From assembly GCA_965637545.1 (NCBI GenBank), contig OZ281500.1, positions 6,510,001 to 6,574,000 on the forward strand: a stretch of 64,000 nucleotides of DNA, read 5' to 3'. The stretch comes from Phallusia mammillata. Lineage: Eukaryota. This document shows positions 23,901 to 38,900 of the stretch, piece after piece (positions within the stretch are counted from its first letter, which is position 1; every line of letters begins with the position of its first letter). Under the pieces are notes generated by a model. The model made no database searches and was not told where the DNA came from. It saw nothing but the letters and a program-made list of their open reading frames with translations. The position numbers were made by a program, and so were the translations under genes.

Positions 23901-26900
23901 CGGTGGAAAGAGACAGGCCGTATTGGCTAGTGTAGCCATGTAGGTCAAAATAGTGTGCATTGTATCCAGCTTATCATATACTGGCTTGAGTTTAGTTCAC
24001 TTATTCGATTAGTTACCGTGGTCGTTGTCTCTTCCGTCATTGCACATCATTTCCACCTCCACGTTGCAGCTTTCTCCCTTCCACCCGGACGAGCAGGAGC
24101 AGTAATACTCCCCTTCCGCATCACGGATGCAGTTGCCGTGTCCAGAGCAATCGTTGGGACATCCGACTATAAATATATACACATTTGTTTCAACCAACAA
24201 AAATATACTATAGAACAAGGGGAAATATGATGTAACTTGACCAAAGTGCTACGCCAGGTTGTTACGTTTTAAGTTCGATGCCCGTTCGGTGAGCGGTTAA
24301 ACTTTCACCAAACATAGATTAGAAAATCCTATACTACATCATGTGCCAAACGAACGTTAAAAACGAACTTACCAAAAGTGCATGAGTGTCCGTTCCAACC
24401 AAGGTCGCAGAGGCACATGCCGTTCATACAAGTCCCGTGTTCATCGCACTTCAGAGGGCACTCTCTTACATCACACGCATCACCGGTCCATCCGTCGTTG
24501 CAGCGACACTCTCCGTCCACGCAAGCGCCGTTGTCATGGTGACATGCTGGTCTGCACATCGCTGCAGCAGGGGGAGGGTTCAGACTTGCTAGGTCTAACG
24601 TGTGTGTGTGTGTGTGTGTGTGTTGTGTTTGTTCGTATGTGGTTGTGTAAATTTAAGAGTTGGGCACCAAGGGTGTGGTTAGTATTTTTTGTGTTGTGAT
24701 TGTAAATTCGAATTTGCAGAATCACAAGATTTTTTTAACAATCATGATAAAAATGTAGAGATGATGTCGTTAAACATATGATGTTTAAGGACAATATTGT
24801 GATGGGGGTTTGGTTATCGTGCGTTGTATTGATGATTGGTGTTTGATTATTTTTGTTAGAATGACACGGCAAGCAAAATTAGGGGAAGAGAGAGAGAGAG
24901 GAAACAAAAAAACAATAATAAATAAAAAGGTTACAACTACAACACAACTCCATACAAAGCTAATGTTTAATGCAAAAACACAAAATATATAAATAGTAAT
25001 TACTGCATAAACCAAACTAAAACCTACAACAAACCAAATGATAAAATATGACTAATCAAATCATGCAGAAACACGCATTCAATGACATGTTAACTGATGA
25101 CGTCACATCAGACGTCACGAGCTTCCCTTTTCTACTACACATGCGGAAAAGAGAACATGAGGTTTTTGATCTCAAACAAGTCCCCATTCTATTTTAATAC
25201 TACTTGCTACAATGCAAGCTTTTTAATTTTCACTGCAAACCAACTAGCACCCAGTCATCGGTGCAGTTTGTGTTGAAATGTGATATGATTTAATGTAAGA
25301 GTGTTTTAGCTTGCTACTAAAACAGTAAGGTGTGTTTCAGTGTGTGAATTTTAGCATGTCAAGTTTGTACATTTTTCACAACACTTTAAAGCGGCAAACC
25401 AACTTTAAAGTTGCAATGTCAAATTATGCTAGCAGCATGTTTTCTAAATTAACATTGCTGGCCCATTAGCTGTTCAAATAATTAAGACAAAACATGATTG
25501 CTTACCTGTGGCGCAGTTGGTGCCACCCCAGCCGGGATCACACACACATTGTTTGGTTACTGTGTCCATACGACCGTGTCCAGCACATCCCGCAGGACAC
25601 GAGGCATCCTCCAGGGAGCACGTGGTTCCCATCCAGCCTCGATTACATCTACACTGGCCCTTGACGCATATTCCATGTCCGGAACAACCGGGGTCAACGC
25701 AGTCCACTACAAAAGAAGTGTCAAGACTTTTAGGTCAATAGAACAGCAATATTACCATGGTTTTTTAGCCTCGCGTTCACAGAAAAGCTTAGAAAACTAG
25801 TCGAAACATGGATTGATAAAAAATGCTTTCTCATTTGACTTTTGTAAAGCTATTTAAGCTGTAACTTATTGGAGAGCTCACCTTCTTCACAGGCTTCGCC
25901 TTTAAATCCCTGTTCACATTCGCAGACGCCGTCTCCCCCGCAGGTCCCATGACCTCCGCAGTCAGGTACTAAGCACTGGTCTGACCTCGTACCGCAGTCG
26001 ACTCCTTTCCAACCCGAGAAGCAAACACATTTTCCGTGGGCGTAAACACCATTTCCACGACAGTGTACTGAGCAAGAAACTGAAAACAAAAATCTGTTAT
26101 GTAGATCATAAGGATTTATTAACTTGTACATTTTTAGCTGTAAATGGTTGAAATTTACAGATTTGGTTTAACAAGTGGGCTGTCTACCTTGAGAGCAGTC
26201 GCTGCCTTGAAAACCGACGAAGCAGTGGCACCTGCCAGCGATGCAGTCACCCTTGCCTCGACAACTGTTGGGACATTGCGACAATCCCTCTGTGAATAAA
26301 AACATAATTGGAACAGATGTCAACCATGCTGCAAGTGGAATGGATTGTTTTATTTTCACGTGTTTGGAAAAATATTAATATTTTGAGCGATTAAATTTCT
26401 CAGAGGTTTGCAAATTTAAATGTCATTGTACCTGAAATTGATGTTTTTAATTCGACCAATTCCACGTTTTCGCCGTCGTTAAACACAGCGAGGTGCCAAG
26501 TGCCAGGTTCCATGAATTGGAGGAATCCAGTATTTACTCTTCCTTCCGACGAGGAAGATACGCTTCTTCTGGACCTGGATGATTCGATGGCGAATGTGGC
26601 AAACGAGGTTTGAAGCGCCCGAGTAGATGGCAGAGCGTCGCCATCAATCCTCTCGAAAAAATTGAACTGGAATAAAATGTGTAAGGTTAAAAGATAAACT
26701 AGACCCAGTCAAGAGCATTGTTATGTCTAAAACCAGACTAACAGAAAAATGTAGCAATTAAGTAGCTATAACGACAAACTCTTAATAAAGTGTAAAAGTG
26801 TCAATAGGAAGTGAAACTTTGAAATACGAACAAGGTCAAATCATTTTAAGTCACAGAGAATCTGTACGAAGGTGGGGTGAGGGGAGTGCACCTCAACTAC

Positions 26901-29900
26901 AGACTTCAGGCGCCTTTCTAAATCCTATCCTTATCTCATTTTGCCAGGCTTCGACGTGTACTGCATCCTGGCTTATTTTATAATTCGCTAAAAGGGGTGA
27001 GATTTGGACCATGATGGTACAAACGTATAAAGTTCATGTGGTTTGGAACCTTTAGTTTATGAAAACTGGCTGGGTGGGGGCAAGTTGAACAATTCGGCGA
27101 AGACGACTTAGGCGGCTATTGTAGTGAAATAGGGGTACAAGGTAGCCGGAGCAACATTATGATACTGTGATAACAACGGACCAATGACAATTAATCCCTA
27201 TAAAACTTTATACACCTGTTGAGAACGTCTGATCCCTACTAACGATACCAAGCACAGCTGTATGTATTTTGTGTCTCCATGACGTAATTTTTTTCCGCGT
27301 TAGGTCGATTTACCGCGTTGTGTTATGCGTTTAGCGTCACCGGAACAAACGATACATTAGCGGTGGTTCTATTCCCAGGTTGTGACCTAAGTTCGGCCTT
27401 CATTCAAGGTTTGCAAGTAGGGGTCGCGTAAAACCGACAAATATTTGTAAACATACATCTGCTGCTATGACGTATTGCATTTCTAGCAACATTGGACCTT
27501 GACAACTTGTATTGTCAACAAACATGTGTGCGTAACGTGACTGGCAAAGTCCTGACTCAATTTTGACTCGTTCAGACCACCCACACAGTACATGGACTAT
27601 AGAAATACCGTTGCAAATTCGGACAGTACTAATCCTGGCACGAATCAAGTCGGGACTAGCGCTCACGCGACGTGAAATACATTGGACACGGTTAAGCACT
27701 GAGCAAACAGCAGGTCTGACCAACCTCTGAGTAATACGTTCTTGCGACACTATTTGTTTGAAGGTAGAAGACTTTAGGCTTTCGATAAAGAAGATTTATA
27801 TCAAATGATTGGAAAACTGCGATATTTGAATAAAGGTTTGCCAGACTATTTGAAATTTCAAATCTCCTGCGGTTCGACACAATAATCTTCGTGTCAAGAA
27901 CTAGGTCAAACAAATAATGCTTTAATCGTGTTGTGGTGTTTTTGGCACGTATCCTCTTAATGGTAACTAAATCCAAGTGATTAAAGTCGCACGTGTAGAC
28001 AAACATTTCTTGTAACTTAGATTTATTCGGATGCCTGTTTTGATTCTTGCCCTATAAAACGTCCGTTATGTGAAAACATTTTCTTTCAAAACGACACAAC
28101 GGGACATGTGTCAGTCGTCAGGTTGTTTGACAGGCGACTTACGTTTTCATTTCGCTGACCACTGCGCGGATTACAAGGTATGCGAAGTGTCGGGTTACTG
28201 AGGCACTGACGTACTTTCTTGCTCGCAAGTTTGCGCAAAGTATTAAGGACCAAACGCGGCCTGTTTAAAAATGTACCCAGTGTCCAGTGATCAGTAAAGC
28301 CCAAACCACCGGTTTAGTGGGAAACTATAGACTACACCTTCTAACAACGGTTTGTCTTGTTTCATGTTGTCATGGTGAATAACATGTTGAACGCACAAGC
28401 GGCGTAAAACGGCCCATGGTCGGTTGGGATCGGAGCCTACCTAACTCAAAGTCCGTGACACGAAGCAGAAAACTACTTGACTTTGCAAGTTTGTTTTGAC
28501 GTGCCCGAGCAGCTGACCTGACGTTGGACCGACTCAAAAGGGTTTCTTGCGTTTTTTGAGCGGCTTTATACCCCTTTGGTGTCCAGTACCAGTACCAACT
28601 AATCACAAGGTAATTTTTGGTTGTTTTGTTTAACGTCACCCAAAAGTACAACAGATGGTGACAAGGTCGACCTAAGGATTAAAATTCCTTCTTGAGCAAA
28701 CAATTAGTTAAAAGAGTTTTGAGCTCGAAATTCGGCTATGTTTAGTTCAACGCTTGTTTCCTTACCTTGGTGTGGGATGGTCTGAGGCCTTTTCTGCCGT
28801 ACACTGCGATTTGAGCTTTGGATCCCAGCGAGCAGTTAAACTTTATATGATAAGGTTCTTCAACATAAATTTGCATGTAACTAAATGACGCTGGGTTTAC
28901 TTCAAAACTCGATTTCCGCTTGAACTGCAAAACGTCTCCTGACCCTGAGAAAGCAAATGCATTAGTGTTGTTCCTTGCACTACTAAGTATTTCGATTATG
29001 TCCGTGTTCTCGACTCGTTTCAGGCCATGGACCACCGGTCCAGTTAAATGAACATCGTGGACCAGTCCATTTTTAAGTAAGGATAAAGAAAGCATCCACA
29101 ACAAGCATATTGGCTTCAAATATATTCCTTCATTACAGAATTTCGAGGAGTGATAACAAGCAACTGACAGCTAACAATAAACACTGTAACTTGGATAAGC
29201 TTTTTTCGTACTGTACATTCTATAAAATATATGCAACTATTTCCAGTTTAGACCATTATCATCATGGACCTCTGGCTGAGAACCACAGGATTTCTTGAAG
29301 AATACTATTTATTTACCATTTACGAGAACTTACCGTCAGGAAGTGAAGGCACAGTGATTATTGAATCTCCGTTGGAACTGCACTTGGTTGGAACACCGAC
29401 TTTCGAAACAGATACCGGCGAATTGAAGATACCTGTGCGATAAAGTAAATGTAAAAAAACTAGAATTTCAGTAATGAATGTTATCGTTGTTGTATCTTTC
29501 TACGGTTACGGAATGCCACCACACTTTGACTGACATGCAGTGATTTCAGTGACTCTTGTCTTCAAGTTTGAAAACTAAAAATAGGTTTCTGATTTCGATC
29601 TCTGTCTATCTTAATCAATGCCCTTCAAACATTATCAAAGTACTAAAACTACTTAGGCTTAGCAATTTGTTGCTACAGATGAACGGTTAGATGTTAAAGG
29701 CAACCAATTCGGTCCAAAGGTCATGTTGTAAGGTGCTACATACAGAAAAAACAACGTAAGAAACAAAATAAACAAACCGGACCTCGAAATACCAGAAACG
29801 CAACACTACGCCATGCAAACTTACAACGTCAATTTCCAAGCATTTATAAATGAGGTATGATGCTCTAACGCTATTATTAATATATTTTTGGAGCATTTAT

Positions 29901-32900
29901 TTTTAAAAGTGAACAAGCCGGGTCGTAATTTCAATTTAGCCTTCGAAGCGAATCTTCTTAATGTCAACGGGGTGATTAATATTCCGTGAAGCCCTCGGCA
30001 CCAAGGGTCGCCTGATTTTGGTATCAGGCCAAGTAATACATAAATGCCTGGGGGCCGAGGTTGCGGCACGAACGGGCATAAACAGACATCCCTTATCGGT
30101 CCCGGCATCTCTACCACGCCAAAGGTTCTCGACCCCAGTCATAATGTAGACACAATAGTGGTGCTAATTATGCACGAGGTCGTGTTTTCTTTAGACAGAA
30201 GATAGCCATCTGCGAGCTCGCAACTGTAACGACTGCACACTTTTAACCCACGCCTTCTGCCCCTAGCGGCTACAAATCTGTTTATAATAACTTACAATAC
30301 ATACAGTGTGTTTCAAACACCAGGAAAACATTAGAACACGCGATGGTTATTTGTAAGAATTGTAAAGAACAGGTCTTTGGCAAATAATTTTGCATCTTTA
30401 GGTAAATCCACATACCGTGGTATTTAAAATACAGACAGGTTTCTTACTCACCTAACACAAATGCAAGCAGCGAAACTCCAAGGATCAAAGAGATGAGGAT
30501 AAACGAAATAGCGGCGCATTTCCACGAGAACCTTGTCCTAAATCGACTTCGAAACTTCTTAAAACTCCCTGTGTACTGTTGCCTCGATTCTCTTCTGTGG
30601 TGGTGAAGGTTGTGGTCAAAGTGGTGACGCCCAGCCAGGGACGGGCGTTTGCTCATAAAACGGGCTGTGGTGCTGTTCCCGGTCGCCGATGAGTTGGGAG
30701 TTGTGTGTGGAGGAAGAGAAGATGGAATCCCGGGAGTGTATCCACCGAAACCCGATCTAAAAAGAACGAAATTTTACAGCCATACCGTAGCAAAAAGTTG
30801 AGCTATCTCTAAAAAATCCCAGGTTTAAAGATATACAGAAAGTATTTCTTGTACAGTAATCTGTAAACCGAAATCAAAAGTTTCACTCATACGAAAACTT
30901 CAGCGGCAAATGGTACGGCTGACTGAAAACCTTGACATTTTTCTGTGGAACACTTGCGATTCCGTTTGGAGGAATACATGCGGAACTGCCTTGTGTTGCG
31001 CTAATGGTAATACAAGGCGACATAATGAGGCGAAGCGTTGTCTAGCCCGTGTTGTTGCACAAACACCTCGCACTTTGTAGACGCGAATTGATTTCGATGT
31101 AATCTCGGAAATCGGAGAAATGGCCACTTGACCCTGAATGAACTAAATGCATAGAGATTCGAAAGGCATTGGCATGGCAAAATTGAAATTTGGTGCACCC
31201 ATCTGGGGCAATTTAGCGTCATGGAGCAAAACGCGACGTGCCAAAACGACCAGCTGACCCATAACGTTGTGAGGCTAAGAAAACACTAAACATTAGACAA
31301 AACCAAGGTCGCGGCGCGTATACTACCAGTGAACCACGATGCGCGTGAAGTAGTTTGGACGTTTCACAATCCAGAGCATTGTAATTCTATGCATTTCCGT
31401 CATCACAACAACGTAGCCAGATGGGTCAAAAATCGGAACCCATACCAGCAGGAGCAATTGTAGAAGACTTGACTTAGCGGCGGGATGACAGTTTTAATGG
31501 GCTTGTTTTTACACAAAAACATTTGAAATTGATTGCACCTTGTTAAAAAAGGTGGAAAATTAGGCGTTAGCAGTGTGAATGCAGTGTGAAAGTGAGTAAT
31601 GACCTCGACGGTTATCCAAGCTAAAAATGAGCATCGATAGCATTTCGTTTTGAGCCAAACGTAAGCAACTAGACCCATTTTGGCTCACAGGGATTAAATA
31701 ACGCCTTCAAAGCGCTTTTGTGGTGAGTTTTTACTTTTCTTTAATTGACGGGTTTTCGAACCTGACAGGGACGACAAAACACTGGCGCTCGAGTTCTTGA
31801 AACGACGTGTTCTTGGCGTTGGATGGCAGGCGGCCTGGCTCCAGCAGCAGGCCGAGACGGGCGGAACAAATAATGGATGGAGGCATGTATGTCACGTGTC
31901 ACAGTGTAAGGCGAGGCCTAAACCGCTGTTCGGGCACATACGGTACGCTGTACCTAAACCCGGACATGTTTTGATACGCATGACATACATACGAGGGAAC
32001 TCACTGCCGCCTGGTACCCTGCATGCGTGGACTAATACAGGATGGGGTTAAAATGGGACAGAGATAATTAAGCGAGTCCCTTGACCCACACCCGGTTTGA
32101 TAGGCATTAGTTGCCCTGTTCAGCTTGGGCAAAGTACCTGTCAGACCAGCGCAATTTTAATTCCTGTAATCGATGCAGCTAGAGGGAACACAGAGAATCC
32201 AGTGTCTACTTTGAACACGCCTAATTGCATGTTTTGGGTGAGTCTTCGGGAATTCTAGCCAAGCATAAACCAGGTCTGATGCCATGCAATAAAACATTTC
32301 AATCCTTTAGCGGCGACCTTTAGCTGAGAAGCAAACTCCGCGCTCTAATAAAAATGCCTGAATGATCTTAAGCCGAAGAAACCCGGTATTGTACTTCGTC
32401 ACAGCTAATCGGAAGTGTCACATTCGCACCCAGACGTGTAAGGAATGTTCTGCCTTCAAAGTCGTCTAAGGGCGAAGTTAAGAAGTCAGGACCGAGATAC
32501 AATTTCACCACAGCCGTCGCCGTCTTTGTGCAGGAGCTTGGCATTGACGCGAGCATACGATGGTTAAAGCCATGTGAGTTAAACCAGACCCTTCTCCTTG
32601 CGCCTTCATGGGAGAGCGGTTAGCCCGCAAAGGTTTTCAGGCCAAAATCGACGTTGCAAACGGTCAAATGTCAAACATTGTCTTCGAGATATTTCCGTAT
32701 TACGTGCATGTAAAAAGCCTAGAATACTTTATTGGAGTTGCAGTAAAGGCTAGCACAGTAGAAGCGGAAGTGTGCAATGAAATGACACCCTTAACAACTT
32801 TTCCCACGGCCCAGTGACAAGGGTCCCGGTCCTGATACGCATTTCAGAGCCAATAGGAATTTCCACAACAATGGAACAAAGGTAATGCGGCCTAACAGTG

Positions 32901-35900
32901 CTTAAAACCGTGTCAGCAAAAGCGAAGAGACAACAGGCTGGCTTCACAAACCTCAACAAGACCAGGATACAATCTTGGACTCTTTATGATATGGATAAAT
33001 TCTTGGACTCGATCTATAACATTGACATTTTTGGCAACTCAATAATGCCATGATTTTAACAAGTATTGGTAGCCCTCATCCATCACTGGGCGTCATTTTC
33101 GACGCGTGTAGCCGGGTTCCACTCACAAGAGCCTTTCCCGTAATGCGATAGACCAGGGAATTAGACTTGATCCGTCAGACTGGTGCGTTAACGAGTTTTT
33201 TGGAGGCGCCAAAGCCCGATGTGACGTAGAGACCCACAACAAACCGGAGTTGTTGTGATGAGGACGCAGAATAACGATCAGGATTATAATTTGTTGTGCT
33301 GCGGTACATTGCTACTACGCCGTGTACAAAACACACAAGCGGCTCGGTGGTGCATTTTTACGACCAAAAACGTTTGGAGAAATGCGTCGAGGCGTGTTGG
33401 TAAATACTGCGTCCACGCTGCACGTGCTTATAATACCACAAGAGTAAAGTCTGTTTAATAACGCCACGAAAACATATAAGCTAAGAGCAGCCTTAAACGC
33501 CTTGGTGGACAAGGGGCTACCACAACAAAATTTACAAATGTATAAGTCAAACTAACATCGTTACTGTAGTACATATTACATCCTAAATCTAGCATACTTT
33601 GTTGCTCGGTATCGCTCCATTGCTTCGAAGCAAACGCCCTGTAATCTGGGCACGCGTATAATTCGTGGCTGGTGGTCCAATAGTAGGCGTAACCAATGCC
33701 TCTAAGAATGCTCGGTCATATTTGCTAGCCGGATTTGTACAATCTCGATTGTTTTTATTCAAGTAAAGCTTGGTTACCAGCACGCTCTTGGACTGACCTT
33801 AAAACCATCGGGTTAGCTGATGAAATTGTTGGAGTGTAGTGCTATTCTCCTTTCATAGACGAATGTTTTGCAACTGCAATTAGCGTAATTAACCCCTTCA
33901 GCCTTCATGTTTCATATTGTTGGGCGATAATGATATGTACCACTAAGTAGTATATGCTTGCTCAACCAAAGAACAACACTATGTCTGTTTGGATGAGTGA
34001 CAACGGGTTGCAATGGGGTCGCACAAACTTTGCGTGTGGTCCGCTTGAAACCCAATACAACCGCATATTTCAACCGGCGACATTTTGCAAGGGTGTTGTG
34101 CCGACATGGCAAAAGCGTGCCACGAAATTTGGCATTATGTAAGCAAACACACCTTCATGGTGATTGCCATGTGGCTGGAAATAGCACGTTCGGCGGAAAT
34201 GCTATATGTCAATATTTTGCGGTATATTGCCTATTGGTTCAAAACTGGGACCGTTTTTAACCAAAACCGTTGCCAAACAACCGTTTCAAACACCCCCTTT
34301 GAAACACCGGGAGTCGCGTTCCTTTGCTGCGCATTACTAGCACCTGAGCATACCGCCGCGCATCTAGCCGTGACAAACACGTGACATGGTCGTGATCAAT
34401 CGGTCATGACGATAGATTAATGGTGACAGAGTGGGGCAGGGCCTGCGAACATTTTGCTGCGTATTCACATTTGCCGCCAACAAATTCGGCCCCAGGTTAA
34501 GCGTCCCAAGTAAGGGGCAGACTTAATGGCTCATTGAGACGGACAGATGACCAGTTGACGAACGAGTGACCCCAAGAAATGACCACTTGACCCCGATGGA
34601 TTTAAGTAGTAAGGTGATGCCAATGGGGCCTGTTCGTTGATCCCTTTCAAGGCGTGATCGACGATTGGACAAGTCTTACACAATCGCTAGATACTTGAAG
34701 TCTAAAACCTGACTAATTTGTCAACCAACGTTTTCAAATGTTTGTAAACACGATCACGGTGAAAGAGCTGGACTCGGTGAGCAAGCGGATGGTTGAAATC
34801 GCGGAAAATACGTTTTATGCGGTCAGGAAAGTTAATGTAAAAACGTGAGCTGGTGACAGGTAGATGATGGGACTGATGGATGGACTGTCAATAAACTTTA
34901 CTGGACATTCTCCTGTCCACGCGTCAACAACACGTGAAAAATTGTTGCAAAACAGGGATTAGCGCCAAAGTGTCGCCGCCAAACCGCATTATGCCCAGCA
35001 AGCAAATTAACAAATCGTCAAGATATCTCACGTGGCTGGAAGGCAACCAGTCGCGACAAAACAAGCGGGCGCGGTTTAATATCTACATGAACCGCGCATT
35101 CCACGTTGCCCATACCGAATCCGAAACGTATGTGACACGCGAAGTCACCAAATTAAACTTTAGATCATAATATGAGGCCACCTGTCGTGAACTCTCAAGG
35201 AGCGTGAATTTTCCTGTAACTTTCACTTAACAGTAAGGGCGTTGTAACCATATGCGGAAAAAATCTTATACACAAAATTAATTAAAGAAACATTCGATAA
35301 TAACAAGAATAAATTTGAAATGTTTCAGTGACCAAGTGATATGAAATGCTGAACGGCAAATAAATTAACCAAGCACAAAAATAGCTTTGCCTTTCGCTAA
35401 TTTTGCTGGGCAAGGACAAACATTTTAGTAAAACTTTAAGCGGACACTGTACATAAACCATAAGTTTTATTCCGATTCTTTGGGTATGTGTCTAAATTTT
35501 CAACAACCAAGATACGGCCTACATTATGATTTCATGTGACGTTCACAAATGTGAAACGCACAGTTACCATTATTTGTCAATTGTGTTTTAACTCATAAAC
35601 TGTAGACTAAAAACTTACCGGTCACTTTCGGTGCCCCTACTGAAGTTCCACATTCCAGTGGCGTCAACCTCGTACGTAGGTTTGAGGGTTGTGGTCACTA
35701 CAGGGTCGTAATGATCTGCATCCACCGCCATAGGTGCCGTAACGCGTGATGTCATTACTGATGACGGGGCCTGTACGTAAAAATAAGATCGTTACAAGAT
35801 TGACCGGAAAAAATAAAAACCCTCACAGTCTTAGAGTTGAACAGACATATTAAAGATAATATACTTTGCAGTTACACCTTTACCTGTTGGTTGTAATGTT

Positions 35901-38900
35901 GGCTGGTTGGGGCCGGTATCGTGTTTGGTGACGTAACTGAGGCCTGGACAGCCCCAGTGCCCATGCGGGGAAGTCCCGGGTGTTGACGGACCTCGTTAGG
36001 TGAAGAAGTTGATCCTGTTGAAAATACAGTTCGGGTTTATGCATCGAATTTTAAACTCACTCAACTCAGTTCAAAATATAAATGCCATTAGAACTGAATT
36101 TATACTTTATTTGAATACAAAATTGATGTAATGCTATAAAGTAAACGGATTCTTCGTGTATTTTTGGAACAAAATACCTAGTGAATTAAATATATCCGGC
36201 TAAAGCGAAACTAACCAAAGTGTTTGTTTGGCCTAAATCAACCGATCGACTGCAGGATTAACACGCGTTCGGTTCCCATCAACAAGCTGGAAACAAGCGC
36301 TGCAGTAAGACTGGCGCAAACAGTAGCTGTTGGTAGACCAGGTCACCACACTGGCACTGGTGTTTGTCTTAGATTTAACTAAAACATCGATCACGCTGGA
36401 AGGAGCGATTGGCTTCTACACACAGGCCAGATTCTTTGCAACGGGTCACGTACTTTTACTTTACAGAGGCTTGGCGCGGATTTTTAAGCAAACTCGGACA
36501 TTGGGCACCTGGTCAAGCCCTTACAATGCGTGGAATTACTTGACAGTGAGTTGGTTGCTATCAGCAATCGTAAGTCAACATTGAATAATCCACGCAAACG
36601 ACCTGGCGGTTTTATTGTTTGGCTTTACTCGTTTATAAGTGCTCTCTATCAAATTCTGAAACCTAACCTAAAATGCCTAACAAACACATCGGATACCAAT
36701 ACGCCATTTTCACTTACTGAATATTATATCAAGTGTCATCATTGATGCGTATCTTCAATGACCAAATCACACAATTCTGCATTAGCTTCAACTAGATTTA
36801 AAAAAATTCTTGCATTTACTTATTCATTGCCTCTGCAATATCAAACAAATAAACAAGCTCTTTACACACGGTGCTGTTTAAATACCAATCGTGTAAAAAA
36901 CGCGGGCAGATCAATGCACACAGCAGGCGAGCGTGTAAATGATGTAAGTTAATACTAGATCAATGTCGTTTGGGGCAGCTGTATGCAAAGCTGACAGGCC
37001 TATTACGTTTCCACCACCTACAGCGCGCGAAGGTGGACATAACGAAGCACCCTACTGTGCTTTTGACACAATGATTTATGACTGCACCTCGCACCTGCGA
37101 AAAGGACAGTGATGAGGTTTGGCAAATGTTTAAGTAAACATCTGCCATAGATTACATACGAAGCATTTGTTTGGGTTGCGACTTTAAAATCAGTACATTA
37201 TCATTCACTAGACAACGGGATACGCTTGGGCAAAAAACGGTAATTCACGTCAATCGGTATGCAAATACAACAAGAAGTGTTTAAAACACGCACATGGCCA
37301 GTTAATACGAGGTCAAACAGTTGTTTCACTTGTTACACAAACTTCAAACACTTGGTATCACAAATCACTCGCCATTTCCTATCACTTTGCGCTTTTTGTT
37401 CTACGACAGCCCCCAAGCCGATTCGCAGGCCAATAAAACGATCGCTTACTGAGTTAATGTTCATGAACGACCGTCCGAGCACCCAGCAATACACAACGTC
37501 GCGGGGAAATCGCATTTCTCCGCGCTGCAATAACCAATCGATAGTAATCCAGTTCGGATGCAAGGCCATTGCGTTTGAATTATTTAGCGTTGGCGGAAGA
37601 AAAAAAGGCAAAACTGTGGCTAATTATGTACTTACAGCTACTGAACTGCAGTGGTTCGCAGCAAAGAAATTTCATTTTATTTTCTATTTTTGACTTTTCA
37701 ACTCATAAAACCATGCGCACTTTGACAGCTTGTCGCAAAAAGAAAATGTCAAAATGTGGCTACGCTAATTTACAGTGGAAATTCTACCTGATTTGGGCGT
37801 CAGAAGATTTCCGGAATTTGCTTTCACCAAGTAAGACGAGCCTCTACGTCCGCCATATTGGTTTGCTTGTGAGCTATTCCTTGGATCGAGAATTGGTGAC
37901 GACATGCGTCGACGTGACGTAAGAGGTCGCTCCTCTTCGCGTGGTACGACGTCATCCATGTCGCGGATGTCGTCATCAATTTCGTCCAGTTCACTGTCGG
38001 TTGACGTGGATCGCTTCCCTAGCAACTGTCGCCGGCCGTTAGGGTGGTTGCTAGGCGACGGTGGGGTACACGAATGGTCAGTTACTACGGGTTCGTAGCG
38101 GACCGATGACCGGTGGGTGTCGCTCGATGAAATTCCTGCAATAAAAAGGTGATTTGTTTATTGGCCGTGTGTATAGTTGTAACTTAAAACTAAAAAACTT
38201 TTGGACCAACAAAAATGCATACACAACAAACAAACTGAAAACATTCAAGGCAACCATGCCACAACCAAGCCTATTTCGTATCTTACAAGCAAACAACAAA
38301 AGGTACTGGACAATATCAATATTTACATTCCAAAAAGGTTAATTCGCGCGTGCAGAGACAACAAACAATCCCGAACAGACAACATCAACATCCAGGGCCA
38401 AAACAATGTCACGTGACAACGAAGACTGCATCACAATGGGTGCAGTCATGCGTGGTACCTCGCGAAAGTCGCGGCGTGAGGCTGGAAACAGTTCGATATT
38501 TCAGTGATCTCGATTTCACGGACTGTATTTCGTAAAGGCGGCAGTCTTTGGTGTTTCCAGCCAAGAAAAGGAAATCTTCGTGGTCTAAATTTAAACACAG
38601 GCGCTGCAGATACACACCAGTTGACCCTACATTCTTTAAATGTTTCAACCTACTTTGGGTTATTTAAAGCTAAAATGTTTGAACCCATAAAAGTTTGATA
38701 TAAATCATTTGACTACATTAACAAAGATAACACCCCGCACATAACAGACAACAAGCCACGAAGCAACAGTTAGAAGACTAGAGAAACGTCTTTGCCGCTA
38801 ATCCTATTTGCTCAAGTTTGTTACCAAAACGCCCAGACCAGGCATGAAATGAGATTGTGACGTAGAGACGTCTAAGAAACAAAGCGCAATGCTACTTTTG

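Noticed and set aside
26800-28320. Intron segment with faint LINE-like words (DFNH, LFDLVL, AELFNL)
   Set aside because: The matches are too short and interrupted by stops to support a call.
31116-34594. Near-identical 19-mer AGAAATGRCCACTTGACCC at 31116 and 34575 (NKX- or DR2-like)
   Set aside because: About one such one-mismatch pair is expected by chance in 64 kb, and there is no other support.
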